64,000 bases of DNA from Negaprion brevirostris (GCA_030324005.1 JARDVH010000059.1:39913921-39977920), one strand, 5' to 3'; numbered from the stretch's first letter, positions 38,063 through 51,560 are shown. Translations and numbers: made by a program. The notes: a model not told the origin generated them from the sequence alone.

Positions 38063-39068
38063 TACATCACAGTGCTCCCACCTCTGGTGGGTGTGTCCTG
38101 CTGGTGGAAAGAACGTATCCAGGAATGGTGATGATGGCGTCTGGGACATTGTATGTAAGGTATCAATCTGTCAGTGTGACCATGTCAGGCTGTTGATTGA
38201 CTAGCCGATGGGACAGCTCTCCTAATTTTGGCACATGTCCCCAGATGCTAGTCAGGAGGACATTGCAGGGCTGGGTATGCCATTGTCTTTTCTGGCACCT
38301 TGGTCAATGCAAAAGGTTCATCCACTTTCATTCCTTGCTGACTTTTCTGTAGTGGTTTGATACAACTGCTAGACCATTTCAGAGGATAGTTAAGAGTCAA
38401 CCACATTGCTGTGGTTCTGGAGTCACACGCAAGCCAGACCAGTTAAGGACAGCAGATTTTCTTCCCTAAAGAAGATAAGTGAACCAGATGGATTTTTATG
38501 ACATTATTTCTGAGGCACCTTTAAATTGCAATAGTTTCAGGGATAATGGGTGTCATTTGCCTCATTAAATCAGCCTAATTCATATCTAAACACTACAGAC
38601 ATGAATCCCACTTAGCCCCTTTTACCCTCGATCTTAGAGGTGTTTGCTGCCACCAAGAGATGGACCCGGGACCTCTCCTGCAACATAGTGAGCCATGTTT
38701 CCTGCCATGGCGAGTTGCATTAAATCCAGCCCCTAGAGTGCTAGGGACAGTTTTGGTCTCCTTATCAAAGGAAGAATATATTTGTCTTGGAAGCTATACA
38801 GCATAAATTCACTAGATTGGATCCTGGGTTGAGAGGATTTTTCTATAGTGAGTGGTTGAGTAGATTGAGCCCATAATTTCTAGAGTTCAGAAGAATGAGA
38901 GGGGATCTCATTGAAATGCAAAATATTCTGCAAGAGATTGACAGGTTAGATGCTGAGAGGCGATTTTCTCTGGCTGGGCCATCTAGGACTATCAGGCATA
39001 ATGGTTGGATAAGGAGTCAATCATTTAAGACTGAGATGACAGGGAATATTGTCTGTGAAGGGCAGTAC

Positions 39069-39364
39069 GGTAAGAAGTCACACAACACCAGGTTTAAGTC
39101 CAACCAGTTTATTTGGTAGTAATCCCACAGGCTTTCGGAAATGGTGTTCCTTCGTCAGATGTGTGGAAGGTTCTGATCACAGAAAGGCATATAAATACAC
39201 ATACAGTTTACAGAATACTGATTAGAATGCATGTCATTAGAATGAAGGAACACCGTTTCTGAAAGCTTGTGGGATTACTATCAAATAAACTGGTTGGACT
39301 TAAACCTGGTGTTGTGAGACTTCTTGCTGTGTTTACCCCAGTCCAACGCTGGCATCTCTACATC
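39069..39364. mobile_element. Palindromic Penelope-like insertion (two inverted family-1 termini with hammerhead cores)
   Basis: Arms ~39069-39155 and ~39243-39328 are reverse complements. The element is flanked by the direct repeat aagggcag(t/c)ac (39058-39068; 39365-39375). Confidence 0.8.
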
Positions 39365-40361
39365 AAGGGCAGCACAGCTAGTTTGTGTAAGATGAATAGA
39401 TTGCCTGATTACTTTTAAGCATCTAATATTTTCATACAGAGCTTGTTTTTGGGAGTTAAATGAGTGGGGTAGAATTCATAGTAAGGTAAATGACACAAGA
39501 CCTCTGATAATGGAATGGGACATCAGATACATACGGCCCATTACAAAGCTAGAACATATTCCAAAATGGATTGCTAACTAACTTTGTAAGCAAAGATCGA
39601 CGGAGTTAGCTGAATAGTCATTATTGTGAGAGCGTTCTTCAAATCTTTGCCCAATAGTTCATTGGCAATTAGTCTACTTAACCAGTAGAGATCACATGCT
39701 CTCTCTCTTATCATTGCTCAGTTACTACTGACTGACATTCAACTTGAAAATATATCATGGAAGCACCTATCTTTGTACTCATTGTTGAAAGAATTCTTCA
39801 CAGAATCGAGGGTCTTCTGTTGAAATTGGCATCTTCTGAACTGTTTGACCAAATCCATTTTCCAACATAAGAAAATAGAACATTATTTTCTATTCATGAT
39901 CTTTGAAATTACGTTATAAATCATTGCCACTCTTATTTCTATGGTGAGCTATATGAACAAGTATGTGTACGAGTTAATGTAGCAAAGAACTGAAAGAAGA
40001 CACTTCCAATAATTCACGATCTCCAGTGACTAGTTGAGCTATTTAGAATAGGAAATTTCCAGGTTTGATTGACAGGCCTAACTGGTTTCAGATGGAAACA
40101 AAGTTACTGATATTACAGTTCTACTTACTTCTGCCACTGAAGAGCGACCTGCACAGAGTGTGAAATTTTGGTGAGCTGTGGGAAACTTCAATAGCTTTCC
40201 AAAAATCTGATATTGTTAGTATTTAACATTGAACTACAAGTACTGTTTAAATTCCCTGAGCAGGGAGACAGAAGTTATCTGCTGGCAGCAGCTGAAATAG
40301 TTAATGAAAAGAACTGGCCCTTGCTGTACCTGGGCTCAGCTAGTCCCAGTGTTCAGAATGT

Positions 40362-40678
40362 ATAGAATCATAGAATCAACAGTGCAGAAGAAGACATTTG
40401 ACCCACTGAGCCTGCACCAACAACAATCCCACCCAGGTCCCATCCCCGTAACCTCACATATTTACAGTCCTAATCCCCTGACACTAAGGGGCAATTTATC
40501 ATGGCCAATCAACCTAATTCGTACATCTGTGGACTGTGGGAGGAAGCTGGACCACCTGGAGGAAATCCACGCAGGCATGGGGAGAATGTGCAAACTCCAC
40601 ACAGACAGATACCCAAGGCCAGAATTGAACCTGGGTCCCTAGCGCTATGAGGCAGCAGTACTAACCAATGTGCCACTT
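40362..40678 (-). mobile_element. HE1 SINE
   Basis: Full HE1 body with tRNA head and tail. Further copies at 42388-42705 (-) and 50955-51130 (+, partial). Confidence 0.85.
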
Positions 40679-42954
40679 TGATTAGCACTGCTAACATATC
40701 TCTACCTCATAACTCCCATTCATACACTTCAGCCTCCCATCATCATGGTAGTCTCCATGCTAATCGGGATGTCAGTCCAGTAGCATCGTTAATTTGGCTC
40801 AATATCAGGAAGACAAAAAGTACCTTTTTTCTATTTATTCATGGGTCATGGCTTCGCTGGCTGGCCAGCATTTATTGCCCATCCCTAGTTGCCCTGTTAA
40901 GAGGGCAGTTGAGAGTGAGCCACATTGCTGCCATCTTTCTCCACACCATCACAAGCTCCATCCCATAAATGTGGTTCTGACAGATTCTCCAGTCTGAGAG
41001 TCAAGCATTCAGACATTCTCAGTGCAACCAGACTACAGTGCAGCTGCAAAAGAGTGTGAGAGTTTGGTGAACTAAGGGGAATTGCTTCTTGCTGTACCAC
41101 AGGGGAAGGAGCAAGCTGTTGATGAGTATTTGCTAAGTGGCCAAAGCCCATTCAACTCCGAAGGTTTAAAATAGTATTGGAATTTGTGATTAAATTAAGA
41201 GAATGAATTAAGTAATTAATTAAAGCACGTAGGTATGGCAGGACAGATGATGCACCATGGTTGCAACTTGGCCATCAGTGAATAAAAACACAATGGAGGA
41301 CACCACCAGTAATCTGCTACAGTAATGAGATTTCTAAAATTAAGCCAAGCATTACCAATCCTGGACAGAATTCTGTTCCTTATATTCAAGTTTCATTGGT
41401 GAATTTTTATAGATGAATGTTTTGATTACAATTTCTGTGTGTGCCAAATCTTTGTGACTTGGATGAAAAATGTGCACGCTCTGTATACAGTGTAATTGAT
41501 ACAGCCAGACAAAAATTATGCCAATCATAGAATGTGCTTGCGGCTATCTCTACACATCATGAGAAGCTACACTGCAAGGAAATTAATGAGACAGCATTGA
41601 TAAGCCGTTCCTCTGAATAATAAAATGGTTTTACTTTATACTGAGTCAAAACCTGAGAGGCTGTAGATATTCATTTTTGTGGAACATGTGATGGGAATTA
41701 TTATTAACCCAAAAAGTGAAAAGAACAGAAAAATGTCCAATTATTTCTGAATGTGCAAGATTAACAAGCTGTCCTATTGGTAATAAACTGTGTACATTTT
41801 GAAAGATAGGAATTTAGCTTTGTTACATCCTTCTGTTGCCAGTTACCGTGAAACCTACTGAAGCTCTGTTAATGTAAATGTGACGATCATAACCTTTGAA
41901 ACACAGACTTCTTGAAGCAATAAATTTGAAGGCACAACACAGGAGAAACCTCCTCACAAGGATTCTCTTGACATAAGGTGAGATCTAATTGTGCAAATTC
42001 TGAGCTGGACATATTACACTGGAAACCTGTTGTTGCTTTAGGTCAGGATAAACAAGATGTTATTTCTAACCAAAAGTGATTATGATGGAATCACTATTTA
42101 TATAATAATATTGCCAGTATAAAATGATGCCTTGAGAAATTTGAACCTGTATGGGACTACAATCCTAAACTGTGCCAAGCATTATTCCACCCTTGTGAAA
42201 GTGAATACCTGTGCTATAATTTAGTTTCAAAACATTTTGTTTTAACAACTGAATTGGCTGAGCAGTGAAATGCATTGGAAGTCCAGGATAGTGAGGAAGG
42301 AGGATTATGCCATCAATTCTTGACATGCATGTCCCTAATGTGTTATCATGTGGAGATCAGATATTTTGTCACAGGGCAAAAATATTATAGAGACCCTACA
42401 ATACAGAAGGACGCCATCCAGCCCATCAAATCTGCACTGTCTCTCCAACAGAGCCTCACCCAGGCCCCATCCTCATAACCTCACATATTAACCCTGCTAA
42501 TCCCCTAAACCAATACATCTTAAGATACTTGGGGGCACTTTAACCTGCACATCTTTGGACTATGAGGGGAAACTGGGGCATCCGGAGGAAACCCACACAG
42601 ATACGGGGAGAATGTGCAAATACAGACAGTCACCCAAGGCCAGGTTCACACCTGGATCCCTGGGGCTGTGAAGCAGCAGTGCTAACCACTGTACCAGTGT
42701 GCCAAGGATAACCAAGGCGGCACGATTCCAGCTAGTCTCCTGGAAGTTATTTCAGAACTGTTTTGGCTGGAGTTGAGGTCAGAGGGTTCACCGTCTTCTT
42801 TCTCCCTGCATGGAAGGAGGTAAAACCCTTCTCTTTTTCAATATATAAGCTAGCCGTCTGATATCTCAAAGACATAATTTGTTGCATTTGCCGAAGCTGG
42901 TACATGTAAAATGTTCAGTTTGGTTGGCTGTTGTATGGGGGACAGGTTTAGAAC

Positions 42955-43165
42955 AAAAATAAAAGCAAAATATTGTGGATGGTGGAAACTGCAACAATAA
43001 CAGACAATGCTGGAAAATCTCAGCTGGTCTGATAGCATCTGTGGAGAGAAAATGGAGCCAACATTTCAAGCCTAGATGACCAGACTTGAAACATTAGCTC
43101 TATTCTCTCTTCACAGATGCTGTGAGACTTGCCAAGACTTGCCACCATTTTCTGTTTTTGTTTAG
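42955..43165. mobile_element. Palindromic Penelope-like remnant (two inverted family-2 termini)
   Basis: aatgctggaaaatctcagctggtctgatagcatctgtggagagaaa..gagccaacatttcaag is mirrored by cttgaaacattagctctattctctcttcacagatgctgtgagacttgc..cattttctgtttttg. Confidence 0.7.
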
Positions 43166-43914
43166 AAAAAAAAACATTTTCTTGAGTCAGGTTTGAAAAT
43201 CTAACAGTTCTGCTCACTCCCAACTTCACTGCTAACTGGTTTGGTGCTGATTGTATATTCTGATCTAAATGCAGAGCTGTAGGTTTGCTGTGATACATTT
43301 GGTGAGTGGCTGATCAACTGTGAATCATCAGTTACCACTGCTCACTGCTCTTTTGGAAAGAAACTGCTTGCTGCATCAGCCTGTATTTAATTAATGTTAA
43401 AAATCAGCCTTCGTATCTGTGATGTCTCAAAGGATTGGAGTCTACCAATTCTAGGAACTAAACTATTTATTGTAACAAATTAACTATGTACTGAATGCAA
43501 GAAATATGCTACTGACAACTTTGGCTCCAGTCTCAGCTTGACTGGGGAAGCTCACACTCAGTCCCAGGATTCACAAGCTTTGGCCCGATTAGCTGATCGG
43601 GTCACATGACCCCTCCAAAACCCCCTCCCCCTCCCCCTCCCCCCCTCCTTAAGTCCCTATTGCCATCTACAAACAAAAGTTAAACTATTGATAATAAACA
43701 AGTTATTTCATGCAGTCCATCATAAACTCAGTCTGTCTGGGGATTTTTTCCTCGAGGAGTAATGTAGTTCAGCAAGTCTCTCTTCACAGCAGAGGAAGTT
43801 TTGGTTTGACTTTCAGAAATTGGACTCTCAACTTGTAAAGGTGCATCTGTGCTTATTTCTTCTTCAGTCCCCACAACGACATTTCTTGGACTATCCTCAG
43901 ACTGACTTCAAACA

Positions 43915-44187
43915 ATCATAGAATCGGTACAGTACAGAAGGAGGCCATTCGGTCCATTGAGCATGCACTGACAACAATCCCACACTATCCCCATAATCTC
44001 ACATATTTAGCCCACTAATCTCTCCAAAATTAGGGTCAATTTAGCATCACCAATCAACTTAACCCACACATCTTTGGACTGCGGGAGGAAACCGGAGTAC
44101 CTGGAGGAAACTCATGCAGACACTGGGAGAATGTGCAATCTCCATACAGACAGTGACCCTGGCACTGTGAGACAGCAGTGCTAACTA
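43915..44187 (-). mobile_element. HE1 SINE nested in the Gypsy element
   Basis: atcatagaatc...ggaggccattcgg...tgggagaatgtgcaa...cagcagtgctaac. Confidence 0.85.
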
Positions 44188-46216
44188 GACTATTGACTGA
44201 CATGCTTCTCTACTTCATTCGCCCTCAATATTACTGGCAGAAGTAATGAGGGCCAACGGCCCCACTCGTTCTCTATGTGACTCCCTCCTTCTCAACTGGT
44301 ATAAATGCTTTTTCAGAATTTTATCTTGAACTTCCACCTCATATGATAATGGGCCCGTTCTGGCCTGGACAACACCTGGGACTCAACTTGAACCAGTCCC
44401 AGCATTTTAGATCATCCTCATAACCCCTATCAAATCACAATTCTTCTTTAGAACACTTTGCTTTGCCTTCACTCTTCCAGTCAAATTGGGAAACACGAGG
44501 CCCCATGTAGTCCTCATACAGCCACCCATCAGCAACTCGGAAGGAGAAACTCAAGTGGTCATGTGCGGCGACATTCTATAGTTAATGAGAAAACACGCTA
44601 ATTTTGTTTGCAGAAATGCTGGTGGTTGATTTTTAACAGCTGCCTTAAAGGTTTGCACAACCCTCTCAGTAAGTCCATTCCTTGAGGGTTGGTAAGGTGG
44701 GGTAAGTACATGTCTGATGCCATTTGATGACATGAAGTAGTGGAATTCCTCACTGGAAAATGCTGTTCCGTTGTCTGAAACCAACACTGGCAACTCATGG
44801 ATCACAAAGTTTTATCTTACCTTTTACACTGTTTCAAAAGAAGTCAGGGACTCCCTTTCATAAGTATCCAGCTATTTTTAGTGTACATCCTCTATAAGTA
44901 GGAATGCTATACTCATAAATGGGCCATTAAAATCCACATGAAGTCTCACTCATGGCCGACTTGGCCGTTCCCAAGGGTGCAACAGAGCTGCAGATGGTAA
45001 CTGGCATTGGTCCCAATACTTAACCATGCTCTCTATGTCTGCATCTATCCCAGGCCATCAAATGTAGCATTTTCATCTTGGACACACCCAGATGAGCACT
45101 TTATACTTCCTCAAATAACAACTTCCTGCTATGCATGGGGACATCCACCCTTGCTCCCCACAGAAGAACACCATCTTCACAGCTCTGTTCAAACTTCCTT
45201 GCTTGAAAGTGTTTTAGCTGTTCAGGCATTCTATTGTAATGCCAGAAATGAAGAATCATTTGTTTTACTTTGGATAGTATTGGATCTCTTTGAGTCCAGT
45301 ATTTGATCTGCTGCACAGACACAGATAACGTATTGAGAAAATTCAAGGCTGAGATAGTTTCTTGTGACACCACTGCGGGTGGCATACTTTTCAGCAACAG
45401 GAGATGATGGCTCAAGGCATCTACATTTGATATGTGTTCCTGGTTAGTGTTGAAAGGTATATTCATTGGTACCCAACAATAAAGCCCAACAGCAAGGATA
45501 CAGACACTGTTGGAGGAATTGCCTTATCTCTTCTAAACAATCTTAGTAAAAGTTTATTATCACTGATTACGCTAAAATACTGCCCATAAATTCATTGGGG
45601 AATTCTTTTTTATCCTGAAGATGATAGTTAAACCCTTTTTCTCAGTCTGTGAGAATGCCTTCTCTGCATCAGTTAGGGTCCTCGAAACATAGCCAATGAG
45701 CTTTCCGTCATCTCTTTTATGACAATGAACAGCTCCACCTTCATACAGAGATGCATCACAAGTGAGTATGATTTCTTTAGAAGGATTGAAGTGGAATAAA
45801 AAGCAGGTTGACTATAGGACTAACTTCACTTGTCTGAAGGCTTCTTGTTGCTGAGTCTTCTTTGGTGTTTTTTTAATAATGAATGTACAGCTACCAGCTT
45901 GGTAGACTGGTTTGAAATGAATAATTTGCTATTCCAAGGAAAGACTTTAGCTCAGTTTTCTTTACGGTTGGTGCTTCTTTAATCTACTAACTTTATCCTC
46001 CATNNNNNNNNNNGCTCCTCTTCTGCAGCTGTCATGATTAGCACATCATCTAAGTAAATGATCACTTTAGGCAAATCTTTCAAAAGGCTCCATTGTGCAT
46101 TGAAAAGTTACATAAGCAAATTACTCCAAATGGCAATCTGGTATACAGGTAATAGGCCCTTATGTGTCTAAATAATTCCATGGATGTATCATCCAATTCC
46201 AGCTGCTGGCACACAT

Positions 46217-46927
46217 ATTCATAGGTTGTTGCATAAGATTACATCTCATAGGATCCAGGGTGAGGTATCTAAATGGTTACAAAATTGGCTTCTTGACATA
46301 AGCCAGTGGGTGGTTGTAGAGAGACCTGTGACCAGCGGTGTGCCTCAGGGATCAGTGCTGTGTCCACTGTTATTTGAAATTTATATTAATGATTTGGATG
46401 AGAATCTAGGGGGCATGGTTAGTAAGTTTGAAGATGACATCAAGATTGGTGGCATAGTAGACATTGAAGAAAGTTATCTCGGATTGCAATGGGATCTTGA
46501 TCAATTGGGCCAGTGGGCTGACGAATGGCAGATTGGAGTTTAATTTAGACAAATACCAGGTGATGCATTTTGATAGATTGAACAAGTGCAGGACCTAGTC
46601 AGTTAATGGTANNNNNNNNNNNNNNNNNNNNNNNNNNNNNNNNNNNNNNNNNNNNNNNNNNNNNNNNNNNNNNNNNNNNNNNNNNNNNNNNNNNNNNNNN
46701 NNNNNNNNNNNAGAGGATTTGAGTGTTTGTAACAAGCTGCCAGAGGTAGTAGTAGAGGCAGGTGCAATCTTTTAAAAAGCATTCAGATAGTTACATGGGT
46801 AAGATGGATATAGAGGGATATGGGCTAAATGTGGGCAATTGGGATTAGCTTAGGAGTTGAAAAAAGAGGGTAGCATGGACAAGTTGGGCCAAAGGATCTG
46901 TTTCCATGCTGTAAACCTCTATGACTT
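46217..46927 (+). mobile_element. CR1 LINE (RT to 3' end) nested in the Gypsy RT
   Basis: VTSGVPQGSVLCPLLFEIYINDLDE...SKFEDDIKIGG, and tail ctgtaaacctctatgact. Confidence 0.9.
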
Positions 46928-49900
46928 TATGTCTAAATTATTGTATTTAGACCCTTAGCCAACTTTGCATACAAGTCCTCTATTTTGTTGCCTGGTTTAC
47001 TGTTGCTTCATAGTCTCCACACATTTGTATGGGCTTATCGGGTTTGACTATTGGCACAATGGAGCTGCCCACCCTGCAAATTGCATGGACTTTATGATGC
47101 CCAAATCTTCTAATCACCTAAGTTCTGTTTCCATGTTTTCATGCACAGGTCTGACTCCAGATATTTGGTGTAGCTTCCGGATCCCCATGAATGTCGGCTT
47201 TCAAGTTTCGGATGTAACCCAATTTTTCCTGAAATATGCCCTGGTGCCTTGCAAGCACTTCATATAGGCCTCCTTCATTAATTTTAAAAATTTCTAGACA
47301 ATTCAATTTAATTTCCTGAAGCAATCTTGATCCATCCAGCTTGATCCTTGGCTGGCAACTGCAAGCAAGGGAAGTTGGGCAGATCGCTCCCTATAACTTA
47401 CAGGAGTTGTTGTTGTTCCCAAGTTCCATATAGCTTCACCCATGTACGTAGCCAGCTTCACTGCAGTGTTTTTAATCCCTGGGTTGGACTCTTTCTGTAG
47501 GTATCGGTAAGCTTCCTCTCACACTGCTATGGTGGAGGCTCCTGTGTCTACCTCCATTTTGATATTATTCAATTTGTATACATCTGGTCCTCCTTCTATA
47601 TCACCTCCATGCTATGCACTGGAGCCAGAACCTTGGCACTGCTAGCACCTGGCTAGCTCTGCTTAACGCTACATATGCTTCTTACCTGCCTCATTCTGCC
47701 CAGGCATAGCATCCAGCTTACTTGAACATACACTTCTCATTGGGGCGGTTTTCCCACACCAATTGCATTCTTCACAAAGCTCGTTTTATTGGCTGAATCT
47801 CTTATACCTTTGTACTCTCTCAGCCTCTTGTGTTTTATTGTTTGTAAAATGCTGTGTTCTCTTCTATGGTACTGCTGCTGCTAGCAGCTTCCCTCTAAAT
47901 TTGGTGGACCTCAATGCCTTGCATGGTTTGGAGATCCATCACACTGCTTCCTTCATTTTGCATGGCACAGGCAATTTCTAGCACCTTGAGGGTTACTTCT
48001 GCTACCGTCAACAGTCTTTTTCTATACAGAAGTATTATTTACTCCACGCACTAGACGGTCTCTCAACATATCATTAAGGGCAGACCCAAATTCACAATCT
48101 TCAGCTCTTTGCCTCAATCTTGCCTCGGAAATTACTATTTTGCTTCTCCAAGTGCTCTTGCTGTTGAGTTGAACTTCTACCTTTGCATGATTGCTGAGGC
48201 TTTAGCTGGTAATGTTTTTTTACTGTTTCTGCTAGCACTTCAGATGTTTTAAGTCAGGGGTGTCTGAAGAAGCCAAACTCCTTAACGAATTGTAAGTTTG
48301 GGTACTACAGGCTGTTAGCAATATTAGTCTCTTCTTCTACTCTGCCAACCCTGATTTTAGTTACTTTGAAAACATATTGCAAGCAATCAACATATTGAAT
48401 CCAATCTTCTGAATTAGCATCAAAGTGGTCTAATTGTCTGAATAGAGGCATTATTAATTATGTAATTTACTGGCTCTTGAGTGGACTCGGTTTAAATGAC
48501 TTGCACACGAGATCTATTCCATCTTTCTTTGTGGCAAATTAAAGGTGTTCCCTTGATCCTCATTGCCAACGTGAGAGCTCAAAGAATTGGCAACCACCAA
48601 GTTCAGTAACTTAAACTATTTATTATAATGAGTAACCCTGTGCAGAGGGCAAGAAATGTGCTATCAACTACTTTGACTCCAGTCTCAGACTGACAGGGAA
48701 GGCCCACACTCAGCCCCAGGATTTGCATATATTGGCTGATCAGGTCACATGACCCCTGAAACCATGCCCCCTAGATGGGGTGCACTACTACAGTATCTTA
48801 TGATAAGAACAGGCTTTAAGCCACTTTTTTTTAGGTCCTCGGCTGTCCCACGTGTCCTACCTAACCTAATTTTAATCACACAAAACATGTTTGATCAGGT
48901 TATAATTCATATGGTGATCCATAATGTTTCAGCTGTAAGTCATTATATTAGATTCTCCTCTTCTCCAGTTCAGATTTCCTGCCTCTTTTGTTCATCTGAG
49001 GAGTTGATTGCCATTGTGGGGGTAAAAAGGAAAAGTGAATCATGAAGTTTCCTCACACCACCCCCACACCATCCCTGACCTCTGCATCCTAAACTATTGC
49101 ATCAGGCAGCCAGCAGGGTCCAATGTATTTCACTGAAGTGTTTCTTCAAAAATGCCAAAAACGTCAATATTAATAAAGCAATGGCCTTTTGTTTCAGGTC
49201 ATCAAAAGTTCCATTTTTTTTTCAGGACTGATGAGAGGATTTACATGCTAAAAATTGTCCTTCAAGGAAATACCCAGCTCTTCAATCTGCTACTTTTATT
49301 TCACTCATCTCAGCGATTAACTTGGTGATATTAGCAATCATTCCCAGCTTTAATGTCCCTGATTTTGGCCAAGACTGTTGTAGAAATCAACATCTGCAGA
49401 TCTTTAGCCATATTCCCCAGCTCCCCAACAGCAGCGGGTTTTAATGTCTCTAATGTGATATTTCATTGAACCTGAAATTTTCAGCCCGAGCGTAATGCAT
49501 ATGGTCATTTACCAGCTGGCTAATCTGAGTCTCAACTGCATTTCTTCTCTTTCACTATCATCAGGAAAAGCCTGTACTTACATACATTATTAATTTAGTG
49601 TGACACTTTTTCTCCCATTTTGAGTTTTTTTTCACTTCTCTGTGTTTTTTTGTGGTAAAGGCTGTTCCTTTGCTTGGGCAATGGCTAAGCAATCTACTCT
49701 CAGGTTTATGTTTCCAGTGCTTTATTGGTTCCGATCAGAGCTGATTGTATCTGAGACTTACATTTTTAATGGCCAAAACATTGCCCTTTGTTCAGTACAC
49801 TGTGAGATTGCAACTGGAAATCCCTGGTCTATAGTTCCCCATTCTACAGCAAATGCCTCTGAAGCACCAACACCTCAGGCTGGATTTATAAAGAGGCATA

Positions 49901-50104
49901 ATCACTCTACATTGTATACAAAATGGTGGACGGATTCCATGTCTTCACCAGGGACAGTGCTGTAGCAGGGGATGGGGGTTTGGTGGCTAGGTGCCTAGTA
50001 AAATCAAATGCAGTAAGTGACTCCTGAACTCAGCAGTCGAGCTCCAGGTTGAGTTCAAACAGACCCCACATTACTAGAGCAAAGGCCTTTCCTGCAGTGT
50101 GAGA

Positions 50105-50280
50105 GCCGGCAGGATCTTCCGGTCTCACTGACGGTACACCCTGCCACGGGTTTCATGGTGGTGAGGGGAACAATCAACAGGAAACCACATTGACAATGGC
50201 AGGACCAGAAGATCCTGCGTTGGCCAATAGCAGACGGTCTCCCATTTCTACAAAACATGTGGTGGGTAAATCCCGCTCAA
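50105..50280. mobile_element. Small Harbinger-type MITE
   Basis: Inverted repeats gcaggatcttccggtc / gaccagaagatcctgc. Similar old MITEs at ~22132-22262 and ~60380-60500. Confidence 0.45.
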
Positions 50281-51560
50281 TGGCTATTTGTTTATATAAC
50301 CTGAAGTGCAATCATTATATAATTATTATATATTCAACTGTTTTCCAGGACCTGTCATTATAACAGTGGGGGCTGGGCTGTAAGTTCACAGTTTAATTGG
50401 CAGCTCAACTGGTTATTAAAAGATTTGCTGCCTTTGATACGTGGTTATAATTATGAATATTTATACAAGTGATGAGGTACTTGCAGGGATTTAAATGTTT
50501 TAAGTGAGTTTTCATGAATGACATTATTCTTAATAGTGAAGACTATAAAATCTTTCATACATTAGTTTATCTCAGTACAGCTCCTAAGGTCTGCTCATGG
50601 TGGATACTGGATGAGTTGACATGGAAGATATAAGGGAAAGGGGTGGTGAATGGGTGTGGAAATGAGTTCACATTAAGTTGATATGGAGGCTATAAGGGGC
50701 CATTGGGAGTGGGTAGGGGTGTGGTTTAACATGAGTCTGTATGTGGGGACATGGGGAGCGAGGAAGGGGGTGTTTGCTATAGGGCCAAATGTTTAAGAAA
50801 ACAACTGGGTCGAAGTCCTGAAGAATAGAGGGAGATATCTTAAACAGTCCACTCCAGACTCCACTTGACATTCTGTGCCAGGAAGCCTGATTTCAATCTT
50901 CTGTGTCTCCCAGTGCAGCAAATCTGCAGATTTCCTGATTCTATTCAAAAGTGTACATGTTAAGTTGATTGGCCACTCTAAATTGCCACTTAGTGTCCCG
51001 GGATGCATGAATTAGAGAGATTAGTGGGTAAATATATAGGGATATGGGGGTAGGGCCTGGGTGGGATTGTGGTTGGTGCAGACTCAATTGGCCAAATGGC
51101 CTCTTTCTGCATTGTAGGATTCTATCTATGATGATTTGTGAGCAAAGATCCAGGCCCTACAGTCACTGATTACATGTTTCTCTGTTCCAATAATTGCATA
51201 AGAAAATGAGACATACTTTGCCACTCTGCCTATGACTGGCTCATCTGTTGCTTTAATAAGAACTAAACCGAGGGTGCTACAGTATATTTATTTTGAGAAC
51301 AGTTTTACCAATAAGGAAGTATCTTCCAACTGACACATTGATATGAGCAAACATGGAACTAGACAGCTATATATTAGATTTAAAAAGGGTACTTTTCTGA
51401 TTTTTTTTCTCACAGCCTTATTCACTAGAAAGTACCCATTAAAGATTTTGGATGTGACACATGAGTTTCCAGCTATTAATGATTGGGAAATCATTAGTAA
51501 CATATGCCCAAAACTGTGATACATATTCCCTGAAGGCAACATTCCTGACTGGAAACATTA

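Larger units (their letters stand above)
43418..48792 (-). mobile_element. Full-length decayed Ty3/Gypsy LTR retrotransposon
   Basis: LTRs at 43418-~43625 and 48570-48792; GTATC target duplication (43413-43417; 48793-48797); PBS 48556-48568; polypurine tract ~43625-43652. Gag starts MPLFRQLDHFD (ATG 48451) with a CxxC knuckle (~47750-47770). Protease MEVDTGAS (~47535-47558), RT KIEDLYAKLA, RNaseH ILTCDAS, integrase VSDNGTAFSSEEF..NGIRH..PPYQPSRNGLTER. Order PR-RT-RH-IN. Confidence 0.93.
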
